Source: a virus (Duplodnaviria; Heunggongvirae; Uroviricota; Caudoviricetes). Taken from it: a stretch of DNA of 64,000 nt. The position numbers were made by a program, and so were the translations under genes. The notes beneath the pieces were generated by a model, which was not told the origin of the DNA, did not search any database, and was given only the letters and a program-made list of their open reading frames with translations. Below, piece by piece: positions 56,275 through 64,000 of this stretch (within the stretch, counting starts at the first letter, position 1; each line of letters begins with the position of its first letter). Where the stretch lies: positions 26,681-90,680 of IMG/VR virus record IMGVR_UViG_3300029841_000117. One strand, given 5' to 3'.

Positions 56275-56302
56275 ATGTTACCTCCATCCATTATCATTTA
56301 GT

Positions 56303-56392
56303 TGGCGGGGAGTGTAGGATTCGAACCCACGGACGGCTTTCACCGTCAACGGTTTTCAAGACCGCCACCATAAGCCACTCGGTCAACTCCCC
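56303..56392 (-). tRNA. tRNA-Ser (anticodon TGA), type II, CCA encoded
   Basis: Acceptor GGGGAGT/ACTCCCC, anticodon arm GCGGT-CTTGAAA-ACCGT, T-loop TTCGAAT. Confidence 0.8.
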
Positions 56393-56424
56393 AAATAAAA
56401 AGAGACGGGTCATTCGCCCGTCTC
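56393..56424 (-). terminator. Rho-independent terminator
   Basis: GAGACGGG-cgaatga-CCCGTCTC then TTTTTATTT on the minus strand, at the 3' end of the 56410..57072 gene. Confidence 0.55.
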
Positions 56425-57072
56425 AGTCTCAGTTTCATCTTCTTCATCTTCCGGCTCGTCCACGCCGTCGATGTCATATTCATCATACGGAAACTCTGTA
56501 AAGACTTCACAGCCGCTTTCTTTTTCCGTTATAATCATCGGTCGATAGATATGGAAACCGTAATCTTCTGAAAGCTCTTTCAAAAATCCATCAAGGATTT
56601 CATCGACAGCTTCATAGCCATACGCTTCTAAGATATTTGTTCCGTCGTTGTCACCCTCCTGCAGCGCGATTGCGAGGAAATCTGCCATAGCCAAACAGAG
56701 TTCATCATCTCGCTCATACATAGCATCCTCTATGTCCATCCATGTTTCATCGCTTTCTTCTTTGCCGCCATCTGGATTATCTCCCGGAACATACTTGTTG
56801 TCTGTAATCACAACAGGAAAGAGATAGCGTGTGTAGAATTTCTTCGACACCGCCGTACAGTCCTCCTCACTCACGCAAGGTTCTTTGTACTCAATTTTTT
56901 CGTTGCCCTTTGCAACAGCCAAAACTGGGAGGTCGTTTTCCTCGGTAAGATACACGGCGTACTCCGTGTCGGTGTTCTCAGCGATGAGAACCATTTCTTT
57001 GTTCAAACGTTTTCTGCTTGCTTGAAAAAACCCCCATACTGCATCAGCGGGGATATGAATATGAACTCCCAT
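56410..57072 (-). CDS. Hypothetical protein with strongly acidic C-terminus
   Basis: The track ORF extends to 57246, but its first 58 codons read through tRNA-Lys. The real start is ATG 57072, preceded by TAAGGAGG. Confidence 0.45.
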   Translation of the reverse strand: MGVHIHIPADAVWGFFQASRKRLNKEMVLIAENTDTEYAVYLTEENDLPVLAVAKGNEKIEYKEPCVSEEDCTAVSKKFYTRYLFPVVITDNKYVPGDNPDGGKEESDETWMDIEDAMYERDDELCLAMADFLAIALQEGDNDGTNILEAYGYEAVDEILDGFLKELSEDYGFHIYRPMIITEKESGCEVFTEFPYDEYDIDGVDEPEDEEDETETETGE

Positions 57073-57098
57073 AAGGAACCTCCTTATATATTTGACTT

Positions 57099-57174
57099 TG
57101 GTACTCCCGACGAGGCTCGAACTCGTGACCCCAGCATTAAAAGTGCCGTGCTCTACCAACTGAGCTACGGAAGT
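57099..57174 (-). tRNA. tRNA-Lys (anticodon TTT), CCA encoded
   Basis: Acceptor ACTTCCG/CGGGAGT, anticodon arm CGGCA-CTTTTAA-TGCTG. Confidence 0.8.
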
Positions 57175-57345
57175 ATATTGACCGGCTATTACGGTATGCC
57201 CAGAAAGGTGGACACGCTTGAGTTCCACAAACAGTTTTGCCCGCAAAAGATGGAGGTGAATATTTGATGGAGGTGTTTATCTTGATGCAGGTACGAAGAA
57301 AGGAACTTACAAATGAACGAAGGACACGCGCATGGCAAAACTGCA

Positions 57346-57429
57346 TGGTGCAGGATAAGAGACTTGAACTCTTACGCCGATGGCAGCGGGACTTGAATCC
57401 GCCGTGTCTGCCAATTCCACCAATCCTGC
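57346..57429 (-). tRNA. tRNA-Leu (anticodon CAA), type II, CCA encoded
   Basis: Acceptor GCAGGAT/ATCCTGC, anticodon loop TTCAAGT, variable stem GCCATCGGC, T-arm AGAG-TTCAAGT-CTCT. Confidence 0.7.
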
Positions 57430-57436
57430 ATATTTC

Positions 57437-57643
57437 TTATATCCAACCAGCTAATACTGCGATTGTCGTCACACTCAAAACGGTTAGTACAATGTTGTCA
57501 TACACTATTCGATTGTGGAGATTTTTGCTTGCTCGCTCAACCTTTCTTTGGAGTCGCTCAATTTCTTCTTTTTTGCTTTCGCGCTCAAATTTGTATTTGC
57601 ACCACGCTTCGCCTGATATGAAGTCACCACGCTCCACGTTCAT
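57437..57643 (-). CDS. Small tail-anchored membrane protein
   Basis: C-terminal TM helix LTVLSVTTIAVLAGWI. Confidence 0.3.
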   Translation of the reverse strand: MNVERGDFISGEAWCKYKFERESKKEEIERLQRKVERASKNLHNRIVYDNIVLTVLSVTTIAVLAGWI

Positions 57644-57666
57644 CCCTCCTTACCAAAGCCATGTTT

Positions 57667-57993
57667 TTATTGAATGCCGTCTACCCACAACTCTAACGTG
57701 CGACGATTTGCGTACTGTTTACAGAGCTCTTCGATGGACACACCATGTGCCTTTGCATCCGTTTTCATTGCCGTAAACTGGTCTCTGTATTTTTTGACTA
57801 TCTTTTCAACGGCAAGAAAATGCTCTTTGTCTTTAGGATAGAAGGCAATATCATCAAGGCAGACACTGCTTATATCTCCCGTGTGGCAAATTACTTTCCA
57901 GCAATTTTTGCATGGCGCATCATCTATGCTCACCATATGATTGATGCAGTCACTGCAGTGGACAACCACTCCATTTACCTTAATTGGTTTCAT
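57667..57993 (-). CDS. Hypothetical Cys-rich protein
   Basis: ORF in the array. Confidence 0.35.
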   Translation of the reverse strand: MKPIKVNGVVVHCSDCINHMVSIDDAPCKNCWKVICHTGDISSVCLDDIAFYPKDKEHFLAVEKIVKKYRDQFTAMKTDAKAHGVSIEELCKQYANRRTLELWVDGIQ

Positions 57994-58016
57994 TGGTTGC
58001 TCCTCCTTTTATGAGG

Positions 58017-58092
58017 TGGTGGAGATAGCCGGACTCGAACCGGCGACCCTCTGCTTGCAAAGCAGATGCTCTCCCAACTGAGCTATATCCCC
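58017..58092 (-). tRNA. tRNA-Ala (anticodon TGC), CCA encoded
   Basis: GGGGATATAGCTCAGTTGGGAGAGC... anticodon arm TCTGC-TTTGCAA-GCAGA. Confidence 0.8.
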
Positions 58093-58218
58093 ATACTTTA
58101 CGGCATAAAACCCAAGTCAACTCCGCCGTTTGATGTTCCCCACACTAATACCTCAATGCTTCGGATTGCATCAATAAGCCTTGCGCTCCGATACTCAAGG
58201 AATGAACATCGTTCCCAC

Positions 58219-58291
58219 TGGCGCCGAGAGCCGGTCTTGAACCGCCATTATAGCCTGCAGTGCTATGTTTTACCAGTTAAACTACCTCGGC
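58219..58291 (-). tRNA. Atypical tRNA-like gene (acceptor and CCA intact; anticodon loop ACTGCAG without U33; 3-nt variable region)
   Basis: GCCGAGG-TA-GTTTAACTGGTAAAAC-ATAGC-ACTGCAG-GCTAT-AAT-GGCGG-TTCAAGA-CCGGC-TCTCGGC-G-CCA. Confidence 0.4.
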
Positions 58292-58320
58292 AAAAAGCGC
58301 CGCCGAAGAATCGGCGGCGC
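58292..58320 (-). terminator. Rho-independent terminator
   Basis: GCGCCGCCGA-ttct-TCGGCGGCGC then TTTTT on the minus strand, just upstream of the atypical tRNA. Confidence 0.55.
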
Positions 58321-58807
58321 TAAAACTCATTCAATCTATTGCACTTAATCTCCGCTACACTTGGATTAGGGCTGGTCTCGTGCTTTTTTCATAGTAGAGC
58401 CTCCTAACTACATCCCATGTGGTGCGCCGAATGTCGGCGCTGTTGAAGCATTAGGTATTGCAGATTGAACTGCTTTATATAAACAACTCGCTACCGTCCA
58501 GCCAAGTGGTACTCCCTGCGGTCACATATACACCCGACGAACCATCAGTCTTGGATTTTATAAAAGGTTGGTGTTTATGCTTTAAGGCTTGAGCTTTGTT
58601 CAAAGAAAAAACTTTAAGCGTTGAGCCTTTAACCTTCAGTTTTGACTTTTGAGTTTTACAGTGATATTTCACCGGAACCAAGCCGACGTTCATCTTATGT
58701 CGCTTGGTTGCAGTGACTCTTTTCATCATAATTTGATTTTGTAAAACCCATTACAAAAAATAGACAGCTTAGCAGGCTGGAGCCAAATTCTTTTTTACTT
58801 TACTTAT

Positions 58808-58826
58808 CTGTATTTGGCGAAAACAG
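58808..58826. repeat. Dispersed hairpin family, degenerate copy 4: CTGT-ATTTGGCGAAA-ACAG, preceded by TTTACTTTACTTAT
   Basis: Shares TTACTTAT and TTTGGCGA with the other copies. Lies 45 nt downstream of the stop of the 58874..59515 gene. Confidence 0.35.
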
Positions 58827-58873
58827 AGAAGGCATATGATTCAGGGTTTTCGGACGGCAGCGAAGTTGATTGC

Positions 58874-59515
58874 TTAATAGGTAATTTCCAGCTCAGTCAG
58901 AGCGTTGGACACAGACAGCGCGGAATCAATCTCGACAACGAAGTCGTTGATTTCCTTTTCCAGCGTAGTCAACTCTGTCGTAATGTTGATGGGGTCAACA
59001 ATCTCCAACGTCTGAGCAGCGATGAAGTCAGCACGAACCTTTTTGATTTCGTCGCTGGCACCCTTCATATCGACATTGCCGTAAAGGGACTTGACATACT
59101 CATCGGCACGCATCTCCAGCATATCGCCGTTGTTCTTGTCCGCCTCAAGACGAGCACGGCGATTGTCATTGTCCAGCTTCTTGAGAAGCAACTGCTTCAG
59201 CGGGATACCGTGGTTCTTCATCTCGATTGCTTCGGCAACCGTGTACTCTTTGCCACCAATCGTTACCTTGACAGTAGCGTTGGACAGCGTAACCGCACGC
59301 TTGATAGCGTCGCGGCGAGCGATGAGGTCTTTTGCCGACTGATATGCAGCACGAATTTCTTCGCTATAAGTGCCGATGCTAACACCAGCAACCTTGTTGT
59401 TGCTGTGTTTATTTGCAAAAACGAACGTGCCCTGCTGGATGCTCTTCTGAATACGAGCGTCGAGCGTCTTCAGCTCACAGAGCGCCTTATGGACGGTCAT
59501 CTTTTCAGTAGTCAT
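58874..59515 (-). CDS. Hypothetical protein
   Basis: ORF in the array. Helical and charged. Confidence 0.4.
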   Translation of the reverse strand: MTTEKMTVHKALCELKTLDARIQKSIQQGTFVFANKHSNNKVAGVSIGTYSEEIRAAYQSAKDLIARRDAIKRAVTLSNATVKVTIGGKEYTVAEAIEMKNHGIPLKQLLLKKLDNDNRRARLEADKNNGDMLEMRADEYVKSLYGNVDMKGASDEIKKVRADFIAAQTLEIVDPINITTELTTLEKEINDFVVEIDSALSVSNALTELEITY

Positions 59516-59548
59516 TGATTTACTCTCCTAATCTTTGAAATTTGAAAA

Positions 59549-59845
59549 TCACTTGCTGTTTGCAACAGCAGATTTCAGGGTAGAACCCGGCTTAAACACC
59601 GGAACACGCTTGGCAGGGATATTCACTGGAATATTTGCCCTCGGATTGCGTCCAACTCTTGCTGCTCGTTCCTTACTCTCAAAGGTTCCGAACCCAACGA
59701 GCTGGACTTTGTCGCCAGATACAAGCGCATCAGAAATGATACTGAGAACCGCTTCGAGCGCGACCTCGGCACTCACTTTGGTTATTCCTGCCCTTTGCGC
59801 AAGTTCGCTAATCATATCTTCCTTGTTTATCGAAACCACCCTCAC
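59549..59845 (-). CDS. hup: HU/IHF-family histone-like DNA-binding protein
   Basis: GFGTFESKERAARVGRNPRANIPVNIPAKRVPVFKPG matches the HU arm signature. Confidence 0.7.
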   Translation of the reverse strand: MRVVSINKEDMISELAQRAGITKVSAEVALEAVLSIISDALVSGDKVQLVGFGTFESKERAARVGRNPRANIPVNIPAKRVPVFKPGSTLKSAVANSK

Positions 59846-60654
59846 TTCCAGTTTGTTGTGATGCGACCATCAGGATGGATGATGATGTTGGAGTAACCAT
59901 CCCCATAGTCATTATGGCGTTGCTGCCACATATCGCCCAGCGTTAAACGGGCGTGTTTTCCTGCATAATCAAAGGTTGCATAGACGAAGAAATCTCCGAT
60001 GCGGAATGTGTGAACATCAATTTCCGGGTCGTTCTGCAAATCGTTCCAAACATCCACTGGATAATCTTTCTTTTCGAGACCGCTCAAGAAGCGGAATGAA
60101 AAGCTACTCGCTTCCAGCTTCATATATTCTTTGATGAAAGCAAGTGTGGGATTCTCAACCACCGTTTGCACAGTGCATCCCGGATAACCAGATGGGTCTG
60201 CCCAGACATAATCGTTGCGGGAAAGGTTGATGTGAGCCAGCCCATTCAGCTCCGTGTTAAAGCCCGTAGTGTTGATAGAGCAAAACACGTTGTTGCTATT
60301 ATCCTTATAGGTCTGAATAATGTGTGCGATATGCTCAGGATACAAACCCGGCTCGCCGCCAGTGATTGACAGTCGGGCATCGGGGTGTTCGGCTAAAACC
60401 CGCTTTAACGCTTCGATTTGTGCGTCAAAGTCATTATCGCCAGACATCGGGTTCTGCCGCTCCAAGCAAAACGGGCAATAGAACGGACATTCCTGCGTTG
60501 TAATCATCTGAACATTGATGCGATAGTAAAGCGGGCGTCCGAGAGAAGTCCTCGCAGTACGACTGTTCAATCTGTACTGTAAATCTCTGTTCATTTCTGC
60601 CCGTACATCCTCGTAAGAACTGAGGAACGGTATCTGATTCATTTTGCTGCTCAT
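59842..60654 (-). CDS. Radical SAM enzyme (activase-like; CxxxCxxC + GGEP)
   Basis: ECPFYCPFC cluster and SITGGEPGLYPE SAM-binding motif. Confidence 0.55.
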   Translation of the reverse strand: MSSKMNQIPFLSSYEDVRAEMNRDLQYRLNSRTARTSLGRPLYYRINVQMITTQECPFYCPFCLERQNPMSGDNDFDAQIEALKRVLAEHPDARLSITGGEPGLYPEHIAHIIQTYKDNSNNVFCSINTTGFNTELNGLAHINLSRNDYVWADPSGYPGCTVQTVVENPTLAFIKEYMKLEASSFSFRFLSGLEKKDYPVDVWNDLQNDPEIDVHTFRIGDFFVYATFDYAGKHARLTLGDMWQQRHNDYGDGYSNIIIHPDGRITTNWK

Positions 60655-61225
60655 CTAAGGAACCCTCCATTCCTCTGTTAACTTGCGAAGTCTTGTAATT
60701 CCTCTTGCGCTTCGCTTACGGTGTCAGCGGAAAACTGAAAGACACCATTGAGAAAAACTTCAATATGCCCTCGGACATATCGGAACTCGTAATTCCCATA
60801 ACTCATGTCTCACACCTCCCGCAATTTTTTATGGGAGAAGGTTTTACCTCAATAGGTTCGGGCGCGACTCCGAAAAACTATTTTCAACTCCAGCCTTCCA
60901 AGGATGCACTTTCATGTTTGTTTTTCAACTCCCACGCGGTGGCAGCATTTCCTCCACTTGAACACTTTCGTAGTCCCGCACGCCCCGTAATGGCTTTCAG
61001 ATTTTGGATGCCTCCTCACTTACCTTCACCAATACAGGGTCTAAGCGTTAGGCAGGTTGTGCGCACAGGGTTCACATCCCATTAAACCCACCCCACGGAA
61101 TCGTACCGTGCCAGCCTTACGGCATCGAACCTCGCTTTAGCGTGAACCAAACCCGACCGACAACCAGATAGATTCCGCCATACCCGTACCACCGGAGTTC
61201 GATGAACCCCGGAAAACCGAGCCGT

Positions 61226-61624
61226 TTAACCATGTTCGACCAGCCGATTGAAAAGCTCGGTATCGACAAATGCTTTGTCGTTGCCGCCGATATTGTCGAA
61301 CATTTTTCTCGCCGCTTCACGCTTAATTACGACATAGCGACCAGTGGGATAAATGCCTTTCTGCATTTCGACCTTGGCTACGCTGTTCGGCTTGCTGGTA
61401 GCCTCTATCAGCGTTACGCCCAACGCCATTTTTGCGCGGCACTTTTCGCACGGCTCATAGTCGATAACCATGTGCCTCGGCGCTTCAAAATCCTCATGCT
61501 TCCGACCATCACCAATGTGACCGAGAAGCGCAACCTCGTTGCGTTCTTCACCACACCAGAAGCAAACCGGAATTGTTGGATTAAGACCGTGCTTCGGAGA
61601 TAACTTGATTCCTGCGTTTGACAT
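61226..61624 (-). CDS. Hypothetical zinc-binding protein (CFWCGEE ... PCEKC; weak deaminase-like pattern)
   Basis: Two Cys pairs with a cytidine-deaminase-like PCxxC. Not confidently assignable. Confidence 0.4.
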   Translation of the reverse strand: MSNAGIKLSPKHGLNPTIPVCFWCGEERNEVALLGHIGDGRKHEDFEAPRHMVIDYEPCEKCRAKMALGVTLIEATSKPNSVAKVEMQKGIYPTGRYVVIKREAARKMFDNIGGNDKAFVDTELFNRLVEHG

Positions 61625-61770
61625 TTATCAGACCTCCTAATGAAAATCGCTCAGCCACGCTAACACTCAACCCGTTCAAGAAACCTCAGACTTTTCATTG
61701 AGTAAAACTCTTTTGTATGATTGCAAGTTTTCGACGGTGTTGTAGTGAAAGGAGCTGAAACTTCGAGGCA

Positions 61771-62010
61771 TTACTGGATTACAATATGCCTCGTGAAAAG
61801 CAGATACAGACCGAACGGGAGAGTAATCAAAGCTGCTGTACAGTCTTTGTCCTCAAACGTTGTGCCTGTGGATGCCATCCAGAAAACTCCGATGGTGATG
61901 AGAAGAAGCACCGCGCCCATCAGCTTCTGTCTGGCAAAAAGTTTCCGGCGGCGCTGGTTTCTTGTTCTCGACCTTTGACGGGGATACGCGACCCCAGTAT
62001 ATGTAGCCAT
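61771..62010 (-). CDS. Small membrane protein
   Basis: Basic N-terminus and two TM helices. Confidence 0.3.
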   Translation of the reverse strand: MATYTGVAYPRQRSRTRNQRRRKLFARQKLMGAVLLLITIGVFWMASTGTTFEDKDCTAALITLPFGLYLLFTRHIVIQ

Positions 62011-62179
62011 ACAGAAACCTCCTGCTTTTGATTTTCCTCACTCTGCGTTTACACGGGCTTGTGACCGTTTATCAAAAACTCGATAAGCCGCATTACGGCG
62101 ACCGCGTTGGCTCCCCACCTCATTTAACGCCGCCAATTTCCCTTTTGCCTACGGCGTACCAGCATCGGTCGAATAAAAC

Positions 62180-62452
62180 TCAGATAGTGGCATAAGCGGT
62201 ATGACCGCTGCCCCATTTAACAAGAACCCTCGGGCAAAGCACATTACCAATGATGGTAACGCCATCAGAGCAGCGGGCAATGTGCTTTCCGTCCTCATGG
62301 TGAAAACTCACTTTGGAACCGGAGCGATTTACAAGCCCTCTCACTCGTTCTTTGAAAACATCATAGGACATATGAAAAACTCCTTTAGCGAATTGTCGGA
62401 TATCCGCAGACGGTGGCTTAAATGCCACCGTTTCGCCGTCATTACGGCTCAT
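62180..62452 (-). CDS. Hypothetical protein
   Basis: ORF in the array. Confidence 0.3.
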   Translation of the reverse strand: MSRNDGETVAFKPPSADIRQFAKGVFHMSYDVFKERVRGLVNRSGSKVSFHHEDGKHIARCSDGVTIIGNVLCPRVLVKWGSGHTAYATI

Positions 62453-62555
62453 CAGTGCGGCTCAGGGTATAAGAAAACCACCGGCGGAAGCCCATTAGAA
62501 AACAACTGCCATATGGCATGGACTCGCGGTGGTTCAAATACCCTCACTGAGATAT

Positions 62556-63305
62556 TTAGTTGTCTTTCTTGGTTTTGAAATCCAGCTCATAGGTCTTGCC
62601 GGTGACAATGCGGTGGCAAACCTCAGCCAGATAATTGCGGAAATACCGGTGATTTGCGCAGGTTACGGTCAGCGCCTTGCGGTTCTTCTTGGAATAAACC
62701 GACATCAGGAAGTTGACATCATGGCTCGTTGCCTTGTACTGCTCGCCGAGCATAGCGGTGATAACCGTCTGCAAAGTCTTGAGCAGGTTCGTCTTACTGG
62801 TCGGATTCTTGCCCATATCAAACTCGCGGGCGATTTCGCTCATAGCATAGCTGTCATTGACAGCCTTGGGGTCGATACCAAGGTCAACCGCTTTCTGCGC
62901 GGTCAACAGGAAGTTCATCTTCTGCGCGATACTCGACCAATTCTCATTGGCGCCGATAGAACCACAATACTTGTGGAGCTTGAGCAGGTCAATCTGCCGT
63001 TCCTTGTCCACGATAGCGCGAACCGGCACCTTGTCATCACCCTTCTGCTCGTCCTTAACCCCGATAGTCACAAAGGACAGGGTCGTGACGGCGGTAAGCA
63101 TGGGATTATCAGTGTTCTTGCAATCCTCGAAGCACATATCCCGAACGGTAGCGGTGTACTCATTGATTTTCTCGGTCATGGCTTTGTCGGCTTTGGAAGC
63201 GTCCTCAAACTTGCCATTCTGGATTGCATCATTGTAATCCTTGACAAGGGCTTCGGTTTCAGAGCGCAACTGTGCCAATTTAGCGGTGTTTTCTTCTCTG
63301 GTCAT
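62556..63305 (-). CDS. Hypothetical protein
   Basis: ORF in the array. Confidence 0.4.
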   Translation of the reverse strand: MTREENTAKLAQLRSETEALVKDYNDAIQNGKFEDASKADKAMTEKINEYTATVRDMCFEDCKNTDNPMLTAVTTLSFVTIGVKDEQKGDDKVPVRAIVDKERQIDLLKLHKYCGSIGANENWSSIAQKMNFLLTAQKAVDLGIDPKAVNDSYAMSEIAREFDMGKNPTSKTNLLKTLQTVITAMLGEQYKATSHDVNFLMSVYSKKNRKALTVTCANHRYFRNYLAEVCHRIVTGKTYELDFKTKKDN

Positions 63306-63860
63306 TTTGAAATGCCCCTTTCACAGATTTTTGGTGATAACAAAGTTTATCACTCAAGAAAGCCGCTGAAAGATTTCTCAGTCAGCGGCTCTATCAATGA
63401 TAAACTCAAGGACACGGCGGCGGCTCTGCACTCGGCTCATGGGGCATAACCCGCCCATGCAACTATTGCAGTATCGAACGCCGCTCATATCATTTCTAAT
63501 ACTCGCGTCGATTGAGTGAAGTTCTGCTTATTCACAATACTCAACCAAATCCGACTTTCATATCTATATGCCCTCATTTTCGGCTCCTCGGAGCGCAACA
63601 CCCTTGGGTGGAAAACTCGGACGATACTACTAACCATCAGAGGTCTTTCTCGTATAGCCATCAGTTATGCAAGCCGCACTTAGGTTCATAGGCACAAACC
63701 TCCGGGGATTTTCACTATCTCGTACCATGAGCCTAACTCTCATGCACCGGCGACGCCTTTGATAGCAAAGGTACTCACATTGACACTCACTCAATGGTGT
63801 GTTGGCTTACCATACCCGAAAGTGGCGGACATCTCCGCTTGTATTTCGTGGCTTGCCGTG

Positions 63861-64000
63861 CGGGGTCTTGCCCTGCACCCTTAACCGCAAGGGGTGTACC
63901 CTGTGTGCGGCGGGGCGGCGGGGTCTTGCCCTGCACCCTTAACCGCAAGGGGTGTACCCTGTGTGCGGCGGGGCGGCGGGGTCTTGCCCTGCACCCTTAA
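63861..64000. repeat. GC-rich 58-bp perfect tandem repeat (at least 2.4 copies, continues past the right edge)
   Basis: Unit cggggtcttgccctgcacccttaaccgcaaggggtgtaccctgtgtgcggcggggcgg recurs at 63861, 63919 and 63977 with period 58. Preceded by about 550 nt of non-coding DNA containing hairpins. Confidence 0.7.

Noticed and set aside
56410-57246. Long form of the acidic-tail ORF starting at 57246
   Set aside because: Codons 1-58 translate straight through tRNA-Lys (57099-57174), giving the tell-tale SSLVGS peptide. An internal ATG at 57072 with a TAAGGAGG RBS is the real start.
59842-60654. Calling the radical-SAM protein NrdG, activase of the NrdD at the left edge
   Set aside because: At 270 aa it is much longer than NrdG and it is 59 kb away from nrdD. 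Only the generic CxxxCxxC/GGEP radical-SAM signature is visible.
63861-64000. Possible CRISPR array suggested by regularly spaced GC-rich repeats
   Set aside because: The entire 58-bp unit repeats perfectly head-to-tail with no unique spacers and no cas genes nearby. It is a simple tandem repeat.

Overview
The window looks like a non-structural part of a large dsDNA phage or phage-like element, with almost every gene on the minus strand. No terminase, capsid or tail genes are recognisable.

From left to right it contains:
- nucleotide metabolism: a partial NrdD-like gene at the left edge, an HAD nucleotidase-glutaredoxin fusion, a dNMP kinase and a divergent ThyX;
- a replication and recombination module: PolIII alpha (DnaE), a primase whose zinc finger has lost all its zinc-binding residues, a DnaB-like helicase, a Cas4-like nuclease, SSB, ERF and an HD hydrolase;
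- a lysogeny-like switch at about 14.8-16.8 kb: an XRE-S24 (CI/LexA-type) repressor on the plus strand with repeated operators, and a leftward MazF/PemK-like toxin plus an integrase-like gene;
- tRNA maturation and repair enzymes: a CCA-adding enzyme, a Thg1-like 3'-5' polymerase, RtcB, a Pol-beta-type nucleotidyltransferase, a truncated Rnl-type RNA ligase and a cysteine desulfurase;
- a serine recombinase beside two oversized tRNA-like elements that flank an HNH-AP2 homing endonuclease;
- an NAD+ cluster (NadE, macro domain, a NAMPT-family enzyme, a Prs-like enzyme, a PncA-like enzyme) with a NADAR protein nearby, plausibly a NAD+ reconstitution / ADP-ribose anti-defence island;
- an acidic DNA-mimic candidate;
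- 12 canonical minus-strand tRNAs, all encoding CCA, plus three degenerate tRNA-like genes;
- a retron-type reverse transcriptase flanked by copies of a dispersed hairpin family that keeps its stem through compensatory base changes;
- a JAB-E1 (ubiquitin-like) operon, HU and a radical-SAM enzyme;
- a GC-rich 58-bp tandem repeat running off the right edge.

I could run no tools, so functions rest on motifs I can point to in the translations and coordinates rest on reading the sequence by hand.
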